Source: an uncultured Candidatus Saccharibacteria bacterium (GTDB lineage: Bacteria > Patescibacteriota > Minisyncoccia > UBA6257 > 2-01-FULL-56-20). From it: DNA of 64,000 nucleotides. The position numbers were made by a program, and so were the translations under genes. The notes beneath the pieces were generated by a model. That model was not told where the DNA came from and did no database searches. It worked only from the letters and a program-made list of their open reading frames with translations. This document shows, piece after piece, positions 21,630 to 31,852 of the stretch; positions within the stretch are counted from its first letter, which is position 1; the number at the start of each line of letters is the position of its first letter. The stretch covers positions 2,452 to 66,451 of the forward strand of contig CAYOEP010000002.1 of NCBI GenBank assembly GCA_964403045.1, read 5' to 3'.

Positions 21630-22178
21630 ATGTGGAGGAAGATTCTTATCGTTGTGGTCATCGTGATGGTGCTCGGGGGACTTATTGGCGTGAACATTGC
21701 GGTACTCCTCGCGCCGCGCCCATTTGCGCGACTGCCTGCGCCTTCACATGAAGATGCTCCTTCTCCCGCCGAGAATCCAAAGAGCCAAACAGCGCCGGAG
21801 GCACCGCTTCTTGCCCAAGGAGAATCCGGCAAGGAAGGAGCAGTAAGCGCGGCACAGGCTGAGGAAATTGCCGAGGCGTGGGTGCGCGCATCTGCGCCCA
21901 CATATGTATTCGACGGGTTTGGACTTGTACGCAAGAGCGTGCAGCGTGGCACACCCCAGTGCGCCGATTGCTATCGTGTGGTTTTCTCATTCCAGTCAGG
22001 ACATAGCGGGTATGGCGACAGGAAGGATGCGGTGCCCGCGCAGGTGCTGACCCCCCATGAGATTGAGGTAGTTGTGCGCGGCAATAATGTTATTGCTGCC
22101 GTGACAGATGGAAAGTACGACGAACTCCATGGGGAACTCCTTTATGAGGAATCCCCAAGCCGAAGGGACGAAAAATAG
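21630..22178 (+). CDS. Membrane-anchored hypothetical protein
   Basis: N-terminal TM; globular C-terminal region with PTYVFDG, HSGYGDR, QVLTPH. Confidence 0.75.
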   Translation: MWRKILIVVVIVMVLGGLIGVNIAVLLAPRPFARLPAPSHEDAPSPAENPKSQTAPEAPLLAQGESGKEGAVSAAQAEEIAEAWVRASAPTYVFDGFGLVRKSVQRGTPQCADCYRVVFSFQSGHSGYGDRKDAVPAQVLTPHEIEVVVRGNNVIAAVTDGKYDELHGELLYEESPSRRDEK

Positions 22179-22227
22179 TGCAGTGTGCTAGACTAGAATA
22201 GAGAGACAGGCGTAGACAGTCATTGTT

Positions 22228-24318
22228 ATGGAGTCACAAATCAGAAATAAATCTATAAAGACTTCAACAGGGACTGTGGTTCTTATTTTTATTGCGCTCG
22301 CGGTAGGGTACGGGATGCATGCATACGTTGCCTCCCTCAGCCCCGCTCCTGCGGAGCAGGGGACACAGGACACCACTGGAACTGGAGCATCGCCGCACGG
22401 TTCTAAGAAAGAAAACAACACCACACGTCAAAAGACAAGCGAGGCAGGGATGCGCCGCTTTTCCTCGGATGAGGAGTTTTCCCAGTATTTTGTGAACGGC
22501 AAGATGGGGTTTTTGTATGGAGTGGGACTCAAGGGGTTCCACGGCGGTGCGGAGATAAGATCGCCTATTATGAGTATTTCCAGCGGTATTCCTGAAGCTC
22601 CTACTGCCTCTTTGAGAGAAGAAACTCCTACCAGAGTTTCGCAGACTAACGTGCAGGTGCCGGGCATCGACGAGCCGGATGTAGTAAAGACGAATGGTCG
22701 GGAAATTTTCTATGCTGCAAGAAGTTTCTCCTATTGGCCCATCGAGACGGATATGCGACTTCCCTCAAAAGAGGTAATCGAACCTGCGGTGCATATCGTG
22801 AAAGCATTTCCGCCGCAGCAGCTTGCGGAAGAGGGAAGAATACAGAAGAGGGCTGACGCTCTCCTCGTTGCCGGGAATATTTTGGTAGCGTTTGATCATG
22901 AGGGGGTGCGCGGCTATGACATATCCCAGCCATCGTCCCCAGAGGAAAAATGGCATTTCTCCTACTCTACCAAGAGGTACAGCCGCAAGCAGGCAGCACG
23001 GCTGAAAGACGGAGTGCTCTACTTGGTCGTAGCTGAAGATTTGCGGAGTGGATATCCCCACCCCTGTCCCCTGATGCCGCTTTCGGTTGGTGAAAGACCG
23101 TTGGTTATTCCCTGCACAGATGTGTACCGCCCTGCTTTTCAGGTCGACGTGGACGCCGTTTACCATTTCTTTGCGATTGACGCGGCGACGGGGAAAGTAA
23201 TTCGCACCACATCACTTGTTGCCTCTGATCGCTGGAATTCTGTGGTGTATGTGGCGCCTTCTGCAATTTACTTTACTTACCGTGTGCCTGCCAAGGTGGT
23301 CAACGTGGTGGAGGGAATGCTGGAAGAAATGGGCGATGCAGTTCCCCCGGAAGTCCTCGCGCGCGTCCGCCGCCTCGAGAGCTATGATTTGAGTACTGCG
23401 GCGAAGCAGGTTGAGCTCGGCACCATCTTGGGGAATTGGATGGCAAGCTTGGATGAGGACGAGCAAACAAAGCTGGAAAGCGACATGGTGAATGCGGCGC
23501 GGCGGTATGCGGAGACCCACATTGAGCAATTCGGCGCTACCCATATTGTGAAAATTCGCCTCAGCGATTTTGAGATTGCGGCGGAAGGGGAAGTGCCGGG
23601 AAATTTGCTCAATCAGTTTTCTCTCGACGAGTACGAGGGCAATCTCCGTGTGGCGACTACTATAGGGGGATCTCGGTCGCAGCTGTTGCCTCCTGAGGCA
23701 TTGACTTCCGAAAGCCGCGTGTATGTGCTGGATGGTTCATTGCGAAAAATTGGAGAAGTCGGCGATCTCGGCATCTCAGAACGCATCTACGCGGTGCGGT
23801 TCGTGGGGCCGCGCGGCTATGTGGTGACATTCCGCCGCATCGATCCCTTCTATGTAATTGATCTTTCTTCTCCCCGCGCCCCGAAGCTCGCGGGCGAGCT
23901 TAAGATTCCCGGCTTTTCCTCCTACCTCCACCCGATTTCTCGCACGAGGGTCCTGGGTATAGGGAAGGAGGGGGCGCGTGTGAAAGTTTCCCTCTTTGAT
24001 GTTGCAAACCCTACCGCACCTCGCGAGCTTTCTACGTATGTCCTTGACGCATATTGGTCAGATATCCAGCGCACCCATCATGCTTTCCTCTTGGATGACC
24101 AACAGAAAGTATTTTTCCTCCCGGCAGGTGGGAATGGATTTCTATTCAGCTACCAGGGGGACACTCTCCAACTTGCCCGCGCCGTTTCGCGGATTGCGGC
24201 AGAGCGGGCGCTCTATCTCAACTCGTTCTTCTACATTGTAGGAGAGAGGAAACTCGTCGTGCTCGAGAAGCAGCAGGGAGGCAAATGGAAAGAAATTGCT
24301 TCCCTGTCTTGGCAATAG
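22228..24318 (+). CDS. Secreted beta-propeller domain protein (COG4880/PF09826-like)
   Basis: SQTNVQVPGIDEPDVVKTNG, LNQFSLDEY, VTFRRIDPF, GELKIPGFSSYLHP. Confidence 0.88.
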   Translation: MESQIRNKSIKTSTGTVVLIFIALAVGYGMHAYVASLSPAPAEQGTQDTTGTGASPHGSKKENNTTRQKTSEAGMRRFSSDEEFSQYFVNGKMGFLYGVGLKGFHGGAEIRSPIMSISSGIPEAPTASLREETPTRVSQTNVQVPGIDEPDVVKTNGREIFYAARSFSYWPIETDMRLPSKEVIEPAVHIVKAFPPQQLAEEGRIQKRADALLVAGNILVAFDHEGVRGYDISQPSSPEEKWHFSYSTKRYSRKQAARLKDGVLYLVVAEDLRSGYPHPCPLMPLSVGERPLVIPCTDVYRPAFQVDVDAVYHFFAIDAATGKVIRTTSLVASDRWNSVVYVAPSAIYFTYRVPAKVVNVVEGMLEEMGDAVPPEVLARVRRLESYDLSTAAKQVELGTILGNWMASLDEDEQTKLESDMVNAARRYAETHIEQFGATHIVKIRLSDFEIAAEGEVPGNLLNQFSLDEYEGNLRVATTIGGSRSQLLPPEALTSESRVYVLDGSLRKIGEVGDLGISERIYAVRFVGPRGYVVTFRRIDPFYVIDLSSPRAPKLAGELKIPGFSSYLHPISRTRVLGIGKEGARVKVSLFDVANPTAPRELSTYVLDAYWSDIQRTHHAFLLDDQQKVFFLPAGGNGFLFSYQGDTLQLARAVSRIAAERALYLNSFFYIVGERKLVVLEKQQGGKWKEIASLSWQ

Positions 24319-24409
24319 TGGTGCAGCGTTGTAATGTGGTACAATAATTAGAGGATTGCATTATATTGCTCAAGGTCGTATATGCAAGCATAATGCAGCA
24401 CATTACCTT

Positions 24410-24943
24410 ATGAGAACAGCAAGAGAGCATGAAGAGTTTGCGCATCAGCTGATTCCCGTTGCTGCTTTTCTCTTGTCAGCAGTGAGCTTGTACGCGGTGG
24501 GAATCTTTGGCGTTTCTTCTCCCGACGCAACGCGGTCCCTTCCTTTCCCGACGATTACAACAACAAAATTGCTGGGGAATGTTCTTGCTACAGAAGACAC
24601 TATTGTGCCAACCTACGCAGTGCTGGATTCTGTGGGGGCGTCTGATGAGTTTGGTGTAGCAGAGTTCTTCTCTACAGATGGCACGGAAGAAAAGCAGGTC
24701 GAGGTGTCAATTGATTTCACGGCTGACTCTAGCGCGGCAGGGAGACGCTCGGTATATCTCTATGAAGGATCGTGCGGTGACTTGGGGATGCCAGTGCGGC
24801 AGTTGAACGACATTGTGGACGGGAAATCGTTCAGTGTTATCCCCGCGTCGCTTACTCAGCTCCGCGAGGGAAGTTACGCTATTACCGTGTGGCGTTCTCT
24901 GTCGAACCCACAGATGGTTGCCTGCGGCAATATTGAGCTTTAA
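24410..24943 (+). CDS. Membrane-anchored hypothetical protein with small Cys-pair domain
   Basis: TM helix; YEGSCGDLG...VACGNI. Confidence 0.7.
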   Translation: MRTAREHEEFAHQLIPVAAFLLSAVSLYAVGIFGVSSPDATRSLPFPTITTTKLLGNVLATEDTIVPTYAVLDSVGASDEFGVAEFFSTDGTEEKQVEVSIDFTADSSAAGRRSVYLYEGSCGDLGMPVRQLNDIVDGKSFSVIPASLTQLREGSYAITVWRSLSNPQMVACGNIEL

Positions 24944-24991
24944 AGTTTTCTCCGATAATTAACTTTTTCAGGAACCCGCAAGGAAGACTTT

Positions 24992-26152
24992 ATGACGGGA
25001 ATAGTGTTTTCTGTGCAAAAGCGTTCTCGAAAAAGCAGGGCGCGCCTTGGGGTTTTAGAAACACCTCATGGTACTGTTATTACTCCTTCTCTAGTGCCAG
25101 TCGCAACTCGTGGTGTAGTGAAAACGCTTACGAGCAGTGAGGCGGCAGCTGCCGGCGCGCAAATACTCATTGCGAATGCCTTCCATCTCCACCTTAGGCC
25201 TGGCGAGGACGTGGTGCGTCGTGCGGGCGGACTGCATCAATTTATGGGTTGGGATCGTCCTCTTATGACGGATTCTGGAGGGTTTCAGGTATTTAGCTTG
25301 GGATGGGGCTTTGATACCGAAGGAGGGAAATTTTTTAAAAGTTCACAGAAGGGCAACCATACTGCGATTGAGCCTGGCGCACAGCCGCGGTTTGTGCGCA
25401 TTGAAGAGAACGGCGTATTTTTCCGCTCTCCAATAGATGGGAAGGAACTTTTCTTGGGTCCTCGCGAGTCAATTGGCATTCAGGAGCAGCTCGGGGCGGA
25501 TATTATGTTTGCTTTCGATGAATGCACTTCTCCGCGCGCATCTTATGCATATGCGAAGCGAGCAATGGAGCAAAACCACCGATGGGCTGTACAGTCTCTT
25601 GATGCGCGGAAGGGAAAAAGTGCACTTTTCGGTATTGTACATGGGTCACGGTTTCGCCGTCTCCGAACCGCGAGCGCGCGATTTCTCAATGGACTGGAAT
25701 TTGACGGATTTGGAATTGGCGGTGACCTTGGCGATTTGCGTGGCGGTAAGCGCACAATGTTGCAGATTCTTGACTGGACAATCCCGCTCCTCGATGAACG
25801 CAAACCGCGCCATCTGCTCGGCGTGGGTTATCTCGAAGATATTGAGGAGATTGTAAAGCGCGGTATTGACACATTTGATTGCACAGTCCCGACGCTCTAT
25901 GCCCGACGCGGTATTGCGTTCACCTCTTCGGGAAAGCTAGACCTTCGGCGTAGCAAATATCTTCGTGCTACAAAGCCGCTGGATTCTTCCTGTAAATGTC
26001 TGACCTGCACTACCACGACGAGGATGTATCTTGCGCACCTCTTTCGCGCAGGTGAAATAACTGGGATGCGCCTTCTTACTATTCACAACCTCACCTTTTT
26101 CCATGCAGTAGTGGCAAGGGTACGGAGGAAAATTGCACGTGGGCTTTTATAG
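24992..26152 (+). CDS. tgt: tRNA-guanine transglycosylase
   Basis: TDSGGFQVFSL, FDECT, RHLLGVG, DTFDC, Zn site CKCLTC...HN. Confidence 0.96.
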   Translation: MTGIVFSVQKRSRKSRARLGVLETPHGTVITPSLVPVATRGVVKTLTSSEAAAAGAQILIANAFHLHLRPGEDVVRRAGGLHQFMGWDRPLMTDSGGFQVFSLGWGFDTEGGKFFKSSQKGNHTAIEPGAQPRFVRIEENGVFFRSPIDGKELFLGPRESIGIQEQLGADIMFAFDECTSPRASYAYAKRAMEQNHRWAVQSLDARKGKSALFGIVHGSRFRRLRTASARFLNGLEFDGFGIGGDLGDLRGGKRTMLQILDWTIPLLDERKPRHLLGVGYLEDIEEIVKRGIDTFDCTVPTLYARRGIAFTSSGKLDLRRSKYLRATKPLDSSCKCLTCTTTTRMYLAHLFRAGEITGMRLLTIHNLTFFHAVVARVRRKIARGLL

Positions 26153-27115
26153 ATGCGCGGGCTAGTGCTCCAGACGACTTTGGAAGTGATTCGCAGATCG
26201 CGGCATGTGGTATTACAGAGAGACCGCATTGCCGATTTTGCGCAGCGATTTCCCAGTTCCCGCACGGTTCCTCTTTGGCCACGTGAACTGCACTACTGGA
26301 GTTCAGACAATTTTAAAGTGCTGACCTATCTTTTTTTACTGGACAGCCTCAATTTTTGCTTTTGGCCGCCCAAGGGAAAGAAAAAGTGGAGAGTGTGGAT
26401 AGAAGATGAATGGCGCAGCGGTTACTATGGACTCGCCGCTGCGCTCGCGCGGTTTTTTTATCGGTTTCCAGAACGGGCCACGTGGTCGTTTTTTGCGTCA
26501 ATATCTTGGCGGCAGTTTTCTTCGCTCTTGCAGGGCGAGGGAACGCTCCAGCTTCGTACAGCGCGTTGGCGCATTCTCCGGGAGGTAGGGAAGGTTTTGG
26601 TGCGTAATTATGGCGGCGACCCTCGACGTTTTGTGGAGAGCGCGGGAGGAGATGCTAGGCGACTCACTTTTCTTATTGCACGAAAATTGCCGTCATTTTT
26701 TGATGTGGCAGAGTATCATGGTAAACGGGTATATTTCCTCAAACGCGCGCAGATTTTGGTTGGTGATATTGCGGGCGCTTTCCGCAATAGGGGAATCGGG
26801 AATCTTCACAACCTTTCTGCCCTTACTGCGTTCCCTGACTATCGCCTGCCGCAGCTCTTTGCCTCGCTTGGATTTATTCGGTACTGCGAGGATTTAGAGA
26901 AAAAAATCCGTGCGGGGCGTCTTTTGACACCCGGCGGCGAGGAAGAAGTAGAAATTCGTGCGGCGACGGTGTGGGCAGTGGAGTATTTGCGCCAAGAGCT
27001 CGCGAAGCGGGGAAAACGCTATCTTTCTTACCAGCTTGATTGGATGTTGTGGGAAGATGCAGTGCGGGCTCGCACTGCCTTGCCCCATCACCGCGTCCGC
27101 ACTATCTTTTACTAA
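26153..27115 (+). CDS. Queuosine salvage protein (QNG1/DUF2419 family)
   Basis: DSLNFCFW, FLKRAQILVGD, TAFPDYRLPQ, EEVEIRAAT, HHRVRTIFY. Confidence 0.9.
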   Translation: MRGLVLQTTLEVIRRSRHVVLQRDRIADFAQRFPSSRTVPLWPRELHYWSSDNFKVLTYLFLLDSLNFCFWPPKGKKKWRVWIEDEWRSGYYGLAAALARFFYRFPERATWSFFASISWRQFSSLLQGEGTLQLRTARWRILREVGKVLVRNYGGDPRRFVESAGGDARRLTFLIARKLPSFFDVAEYHGKRVYFLKRAQILVGDIAGAFRNRGIGNLHNLSALTAFPDYRLPQLFASLGFIRYCEDLEKKIRAGRLLTPGGEEEVEIRAATVWAVEYLRQELAKRGKRYLSYQLDWMLWEDAVRARTALPHHRVRTIFY

Positions 27116-28009
27116 GTGGGAAATAATAATAAGCCAATTCTTCCAAAAGAAGGAATTGTCGCGGTTTGGAAGCCGCGCGGCATCTCTTCGCACGCGGTGG
27201 TGGATGTAGTACGTCGCGCTACAGGGGAGCGCAAAGTAGGGCATGCGGGCACGCTTGATCCGCTTGCAGAGGGCGTGCTGGTAGTGGGAGTGGGGCGAAG
27301 GGCAACACGGCGTTTGGCGGAAATGGTCCAGAAAGAAAAAGAGTACGTAGCGACTGTTCACCTTGGCATGGTGAGCGCGACTGACGACGCAGAAGGACCT
27401 CTCCGGCACTATACTGCTCCCTCTCATCCTCCTTCGCAGGAGGAACTCCAGCGTGCACTCAAGAAGTTTTGTGGGGTGATTACACAGGTGCCCCCGCGAT
27501 GGAGTGCGGTAAAAGTTCGCGGGAAGGAGGCTTACAAGCGGGCTCGCGCGGGGGAACAGTTTACACTTTCTCCGCGCAAGGTACATATTCGAGAGATTGC
27601 GCTCCTCGATTATCGTTGGCCGCACGTCCTCTTTCGTGCAGTGACAGGCCCCGGCGTTTATATCCGCTCGCTTGCGCGCGATCTTGGTCGACAACTAGGC
27701 ACAGGGGGTTATTTGGAGCGACTGGTGCGCACGCGCGTGGGGCAATATACGGCGCGCGAGGCAATTCCATTTGCGGAACTGGACTTTTCTTCCAGTCAGC
27801 GTACAGGCTGTGGTAAGATTGAGAAGATGGAGCAGACAGGATACTTCCGCTGTCCCGAGTGCGGGCTTTTCTATGCGGAGGAGCGGTATGCCAAGCAGTG
27901 CGAAGCATGGTGCCGCACGCATCGTAGTTGCAATCTTGCAATTACCCGGCATGCGATCTCTGCTCCTGAAGGCGGCGAGCACAGTGCACCAGAAGCTACA
28001 AAGGGCTAG
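27116..28009 (+). CDS. truB: tRNA pseudouridine-55 synthase with C-terminal Cys-rich extension
   Basis: KVGHAGTLDPLAEGVL, QVPPRWSAVK, GVYIRSLARDLG. Confidence 0.93.
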   Translation: MGNNNKPILPKEGIVAVWKPRGISSHAVVDVVRRATGERKVGHAGTLDPLAEGVLVVGVGRRATRRLAEMVQKEKEYVATVHLGMVSATDDAEGPLRHYTAPSHPPSQEELQRALKKFCGVITQVPPRWSAVKVRGKEAYKRARAGEQFTLSPRKVHIREIALLDYRWPHVLFRAVTGPGVYIRSLARDLGRQLGTGGYLERLVRTRVGQYTAREAIPFAELDFSSSQRTGCGKIEKMEQTGYFRCPECGLFYAEERYAKQCEAWCRTHRSCNLAITRHAISAPEGGEHSAPEATKG

Positions 28010-28057
28010 GCAGCTGCATTTTTTGTTCAGAGTGGCCGCAGTTTTCATGCGCTTTCT

Positions 28058-28969
28058 ATGAAGAAGTATCTTGGAGCTTTCCTTATTCTCATGGTGCTTG
28101 TTATGGTTGCGACATCACGGTTGTGGCGGGGATTTTTTTTCGCTGCCTCCAGCGAGGAGAGAACTTTACAGGTTATGCAGCCGATTGCTGAGAAGTTAAG
28201 CCAGTATGGAGAGCAGATCAAGGCGCGCATTTTCACCCCGCCTCCGCTGCGGCATGAAGCAAGCGTTCCCCGAGCTGCTTCTCTTAGCCGCGAAGGAATT
28301 ATTACGCTGACCAACACTTATCGCCGCAATGCAGGCCGCACTCCACTGCGAGAAGAGCCACTCCTTGACCGTGCTGCGGAGATGAAACTTGAAGATATGT
28401 TCCGCCGCCAGTACTTTGCGCACCGCAATCCTGACGGCAAGGGCCCTGCCGAAGTTATTGCCGCGGCGGGCTATGAGTATTTGATGGTTGGTGAAAATTT
28501 GGCATTGGGCTCCTTTCGGGATGATGCGGATTTGGTCGGGGCGTGGATGGCAAGCAAAGGGCATCGGGAAAATATTTTGAAAGAGGGATTCCAAGATATT
28601 GGAGTTGCATTGCGGAAAGGGATTTTTCAGGGGAATGAGGTATGGATTGCAGTACAGGAGTTTGGCACGCCGGCGAATGTATGTAGGGCTCCTTCCCGCC
28701 AACTGAAGGAGCTTGTGAGCAAGGAGGAAGCTCTCCTGAAGCAGCTTCAGGGCAAAGCAGATGCACTCAAGTACATTCTCGACACATCTCATCCTTCTGG
28801 GCAGGAAGAGATTGCGGCGTATAACGAGAATGTGCGCCGCTACAACAGTTTTGCGCGCGAAATCAATTCCCTCGTCGCGAAGTTGCGGCAGCACATTGCA
28901 GACTACAACGATCAGGTGGCACAGTATAATGATTGCCTCCGCCGCTATGAGGGAGAATTGGAAAATTAG
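28058..28969 (+). CDS. CAP/SCP domain protein with coiled-coil tail
   Basis: LTNTYR, YFAH, GENLA, WMASKGHRENIL, VQEFG. Confidence 0.88.
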   Translation: MKKYLGAFLILMVLVMVATSRLWRGFFFAASSEERTLQVMQPIAEKLSQYGEQIKARIFTPPPLRHEASVPRAASLSREGIITLTNTYRRNAGRTPLREEPLLDRAAEMKLEDMFRRQYFAHRNPDGKGPAEVIAAAGYEYLMVGENLALGSFRDDADLVGAWMASKGHRENILKEGFQDIGVALRKGIFQGNEVWIAVQEFGTPANVCRAPSRQLKELVSKEEALLKQLQGKADALKYILDTSHPSGQEEIAAYNENVRRYNSFAREINSLVAKLRQHIADYNDQVAQYNDCLRRYEGELEN

Positions 28970-30008
28970 CAGAGGTATACGCCGCATCGCAAGGTGGCTT
29001 GTCGTGTGCACAGTTGCGGCGGCAGCGGGCTATGGATGGTACGTACTTGGCTGGGGGGTGCGCCCTCTTCCTATAGGCCCCGTGGTGCTTCCGCTGGGCA
29101 ATCATATTGCAGTCTATCGATGGAAGCGCGCCGCGCCGCTTCCGAAGGCGCGCGTTGCGGCAGGTGTCGGAGTAGTAGGAGATGCTATTTACCTTATTGG
29201 CGGCATTGATGCGTGGGGAAGAACGTTGTCCGATGTGGCAATTTACTATCCCAAGACGGACCGGTGGGAGCGCGGTCCTTCGCTTCCCTATCCTGTGCAT
29301 CACCCCGCCGTTGCCTCTGATGGCATTTCACTCTACGTGGTCGGCGGATTTCAAGGCTGGAGATTTACGCCGCTTCGGAGAGTATTGCGCCTTGCAAGGG
29401 AGGGAACTTCGTGGGAAGAACTCCCGCCGCTTCCCCGCGCGCGTGGAGGTGCGGCCGCAGTACTGGCGCACAGCACGTTATACCTTGTTGGGGGAGCTAC
29501 CCAGGAAGGCCCTGTGGGGGAACTGCTCGCATATTCGGTTCCGGAGAATAGGTGGCGGGTAGTGCGCGCTGACCTTTTCCCGCGCGCGTACCTTGCTGCC
29601 GCTGCGATTGGCGGCAAAATTTACATTGCGGGGGGAATAGGGAAGCAAGATATTTATGAAGGAGCTGCGCTGGAAATTTATGATATTGAGAGCGGGACGC
29701 TCTCACGGGGAATGTCGCTTCCCACTCCGCGCAAAAGCGCCGCGGGCGTTGCGTGGGACGGGCTATTTATTGTTGCTGGGGGCGAATCGGGCTGGCACGC
29801 AGTCCCTCAGGTAGAGGCGTATCTTCCTGCAAAAAACTCTTGGATTGCACTTCCTCGCCTTCCTACGGGGAGGCAGGGAATGGCGGTTGTAGCAATAGGA
29901 AATTTGCTCTATACCTTTGGCGGCGGCCTACATGCGGGATTTTCCGTCTCGTCCCGAAGTGAAGTTCTTCAGGAGCGCGCTGCCTACTACACAATTCACC
30001 CACGGTAG
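28947..30008 (+). CDS. Kelch-repeat protein (start uncertain)
   Basis: Six repeats with IYLIGG/LYVVGG/LYLVGG/IYIAGG-type GG motifs and W-ending strands. Confidence 0.88.
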   Translation: MRENWKISRGIRRIARWLVVCTVAAAAGYGWYVLGWGVRPLPIGPVVLPLGNHIAVYRWKRAAPLPKARVAAGVGVVGDAIYLIGGIDAWGRTLSDVAIYYPKTDRWERGPSLPYPVHHPAVASDGISLYVVGGFQGWRFTPLRRVLRLAREGTSWEELPPLPRARGGAAAVLAHSTLYLVGGATQEGPVGELLAYSVPENRWRVVRADLFPRAYLAAAAIGGKIYIAGGIGKQDIYEGAALEIYDIESGTLSRGMSLPTPRKSAAGVAWDGLFIVAGGESGWHAVPQVEAYLPAKNSWIALPRLPTGRQGMAVVAIGNLLYTFGGGLHAGFSVSSRSEVLQERAAYYTIHPR

Positions 30009-30162
30009 GCTACAATTGCAATAAACTGCTGTAGTGCGCATGAAGGACTACTCTCGATCTCGAAAGACAGCAGGAAAAGTTGCCTACCGCACTCCTTCAC
30101 GCGTGCGGGTTCGGCAATCGTTCCAAAAAGTTGCCCCGAGGAAGAAAAGGCTAAAATAACAA

Positions 30163-31557
30163 ATGAAAGTCACACTTCGCAGAGCGCAAGATATTCCCCG
30201 CGCGCTCTCCCAAAACGCTGCATTGCTTTCACTCCTGAAGGGAGAGCGTACATTGTTTTTTCAGCAGGGGAAGCGTGTGGTACTGCAGCTTGGCGTGGGC
30301 GCGCGGAAACTTTCCTTGCGACAGTGCCGCCTTATTATCCGCCGTGCAATTGCAGAGACAAAACGGCACGGTATTTCCCGTCTTGTTGTGCCGTTATCTG
30401 AGTGTCAGCGATGGTGTGCGTTCTCTGCCTCCCTTCCTCGCTTGGCGGAGCTTTGGGCGTTGGAAGGTGCACTTGCTGACTTTTCATTTCTCTACCGGAA
30501 ACCGCGGTTTGGCGAGAAAGGACTTACAGAACTTATCCTTCTTGCTGCGCAGAGCGATCTTGTTCGGTTACGGCAGTCGGCGCGGCGGGGCATGGTTATT
30601 GCAGAAGAAGTGAATCGGTGCCGCGCGCTCGCAAACACTCCGGGAGGAGAAATGACGCCGCGCCTCCTTGCCCGCGCTGCCCGGGATGCGGCGCGCAGGA
30701 CAGCCGTGACGGTAAAAGTACTGCGCGAGTCATCCCTGCGCCGCCTTAAGATGGGCGGTGTGCTGGGTGTTTCGCGTGGATCTGCAGAGCCGCCTCGTTT
30801 TATTGTGATGGAGTATTGGGGCGGCACAAGAAAGCAACCCCCGGTAGTTTTGGTAGGGAAGGGTGTTACCTTTGATACCGGCGGCCTCAACTTGAAGCCG
30901 ACTGATCATATCTTAGATATGCATATGGATATGTCGGGCGGCGCGGCAGTTATCCATGCGCTTGTTCTCGCCGCACGCTTGCGGATCCGCAGGAATGTGG
31001 TGGGTCTTATTCCTGCGGTGGAGAATATGCCTTCCGGCGAGAGTCTTCGTCCCGGGGATATTCTCACAATGATGTCGGGCGTCACTGTGGAAGTGCTTAA
31101 TACTGATGCGGAGGGAAGAATTATTCTCGCTGACGCGCTCACCTATGCGGCGCGCTACCACCCCTCGCTTGTAGTTGATATTGCAACGCTCACTGGCGCC
31201 TCGATGGTGGCACTCGGCCAGCGTGCTGCCGCAATTTTTACCCGCGACGACGCCCTCGCTGATCTCTGCGGGCGGCTTGGCGAAGAGACGGGAGACTACG
31301 TGTGGCGTCTGCCGCTGTGGGATGAGTATGCGGAAGAAATCCGCGGTACTTTTGCAGATTTTGCCAATGTTCAAAAATCGAAGTATGGAGGCGCGATTAT
31401 CGGTGCGGTCTTTCTCGAGCAATTTGCGAAGCAATTTCCGAAGTGGCTCCACATCGATATTGCGCCACGGATGACCTCAATTGAAGGCGAGTATCTCGCG
31501 AAAGGTGCAACTGGTGCGGGAGTGCAATTGCTCTTGCGGCTTCTTGAAGAGGTTTAA
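30163..31557 (+). CDS. pepA: Leucyl aminopeptidase (M17)
   Basis: VGKGVTFDTGG, MDMSGG, NTDAEGRIILAD, ATLTGA. Confidence 0.95.
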   Translation: MKVTLRRAQDIPRALSQNAALLSLLKGERTLFFQQGKRVVLQLGVGARKLSLRQCRLIIRRAIAETKRHGISRLVVPLSECQRWCAFSASLPRLAELWALEGALADFSFLYRKPRFGEKGLTELILLAAQSDLVRLRQSARRGMVIAEEVNRCRALANTPGGEMTPRLLARAARDAARRTAVTVKVLRESSLRRLKMGGVLGVSRGSAEPPRFIVMEYWGGTRKQPPVVLVGKGVTFDTGGLNLKPTDHILDMHMDMSGGAAVIHALVLAARLRIRRNVVGLIPAVENMPSGESLRPGDILTMMSGVTVEVLNTDAEGRIILADALTYAARYHPSLVVDIATLTGASMVALGQRAAAIFTRDDALADLCGRLGEETGDYVWRLPLWDEYAEEIRGTFADFANVQKSKYGGAIIGAVFLEQFAKQFPKWLHIDIAPRMTSIEGEYLAKGATGAGVQLLLRLLEEV

Positions 31558-31846
31558 AGAAAAGAAAAAAGCACCATTCCGCGCCCGTGTACTTGCGGTG
31601 GTGCGCAGCATACCGAAAGGGCAGGTGTTGAGCTACAAAGAGGTTGCGCGCCGTGCGGGCAACCCGCGCGCGGCACGGGCGGTAGGAAGCATCCTTCATC
31701 GCAATTTCAATCCCCGCATTCCCTGCCATCGCGTGGTTCGCGCTGATGGCGGATTGGGAGGGTACAACCGTGGCATTGCAAAGAAACACGCCCTCCTGCG
31801 TAAGGAGGGCGTGCCCTTGCCGTGCCCCGACAAGAAGAGGCGGTAG
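31544..31846 (+). CDS. O6-methylguanine-DNA methyltransferase family, C-terminal domain only (start uncertain)
   Basis: IPKGQVLSY, AARAVG, IPCHRVV active-site motif. Confidence 0.88.
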   Translation: MKRFKEKKKAPFRARVLAVVRSIPKGQVLSYKEVARRAGNPRAARAVGSILHRNFNPRIPCHRVVRADGGLGGYNRGIAKKHALLRKEGVPLPCPDKKRR

Positions 31847-31852
31847 GCGATA

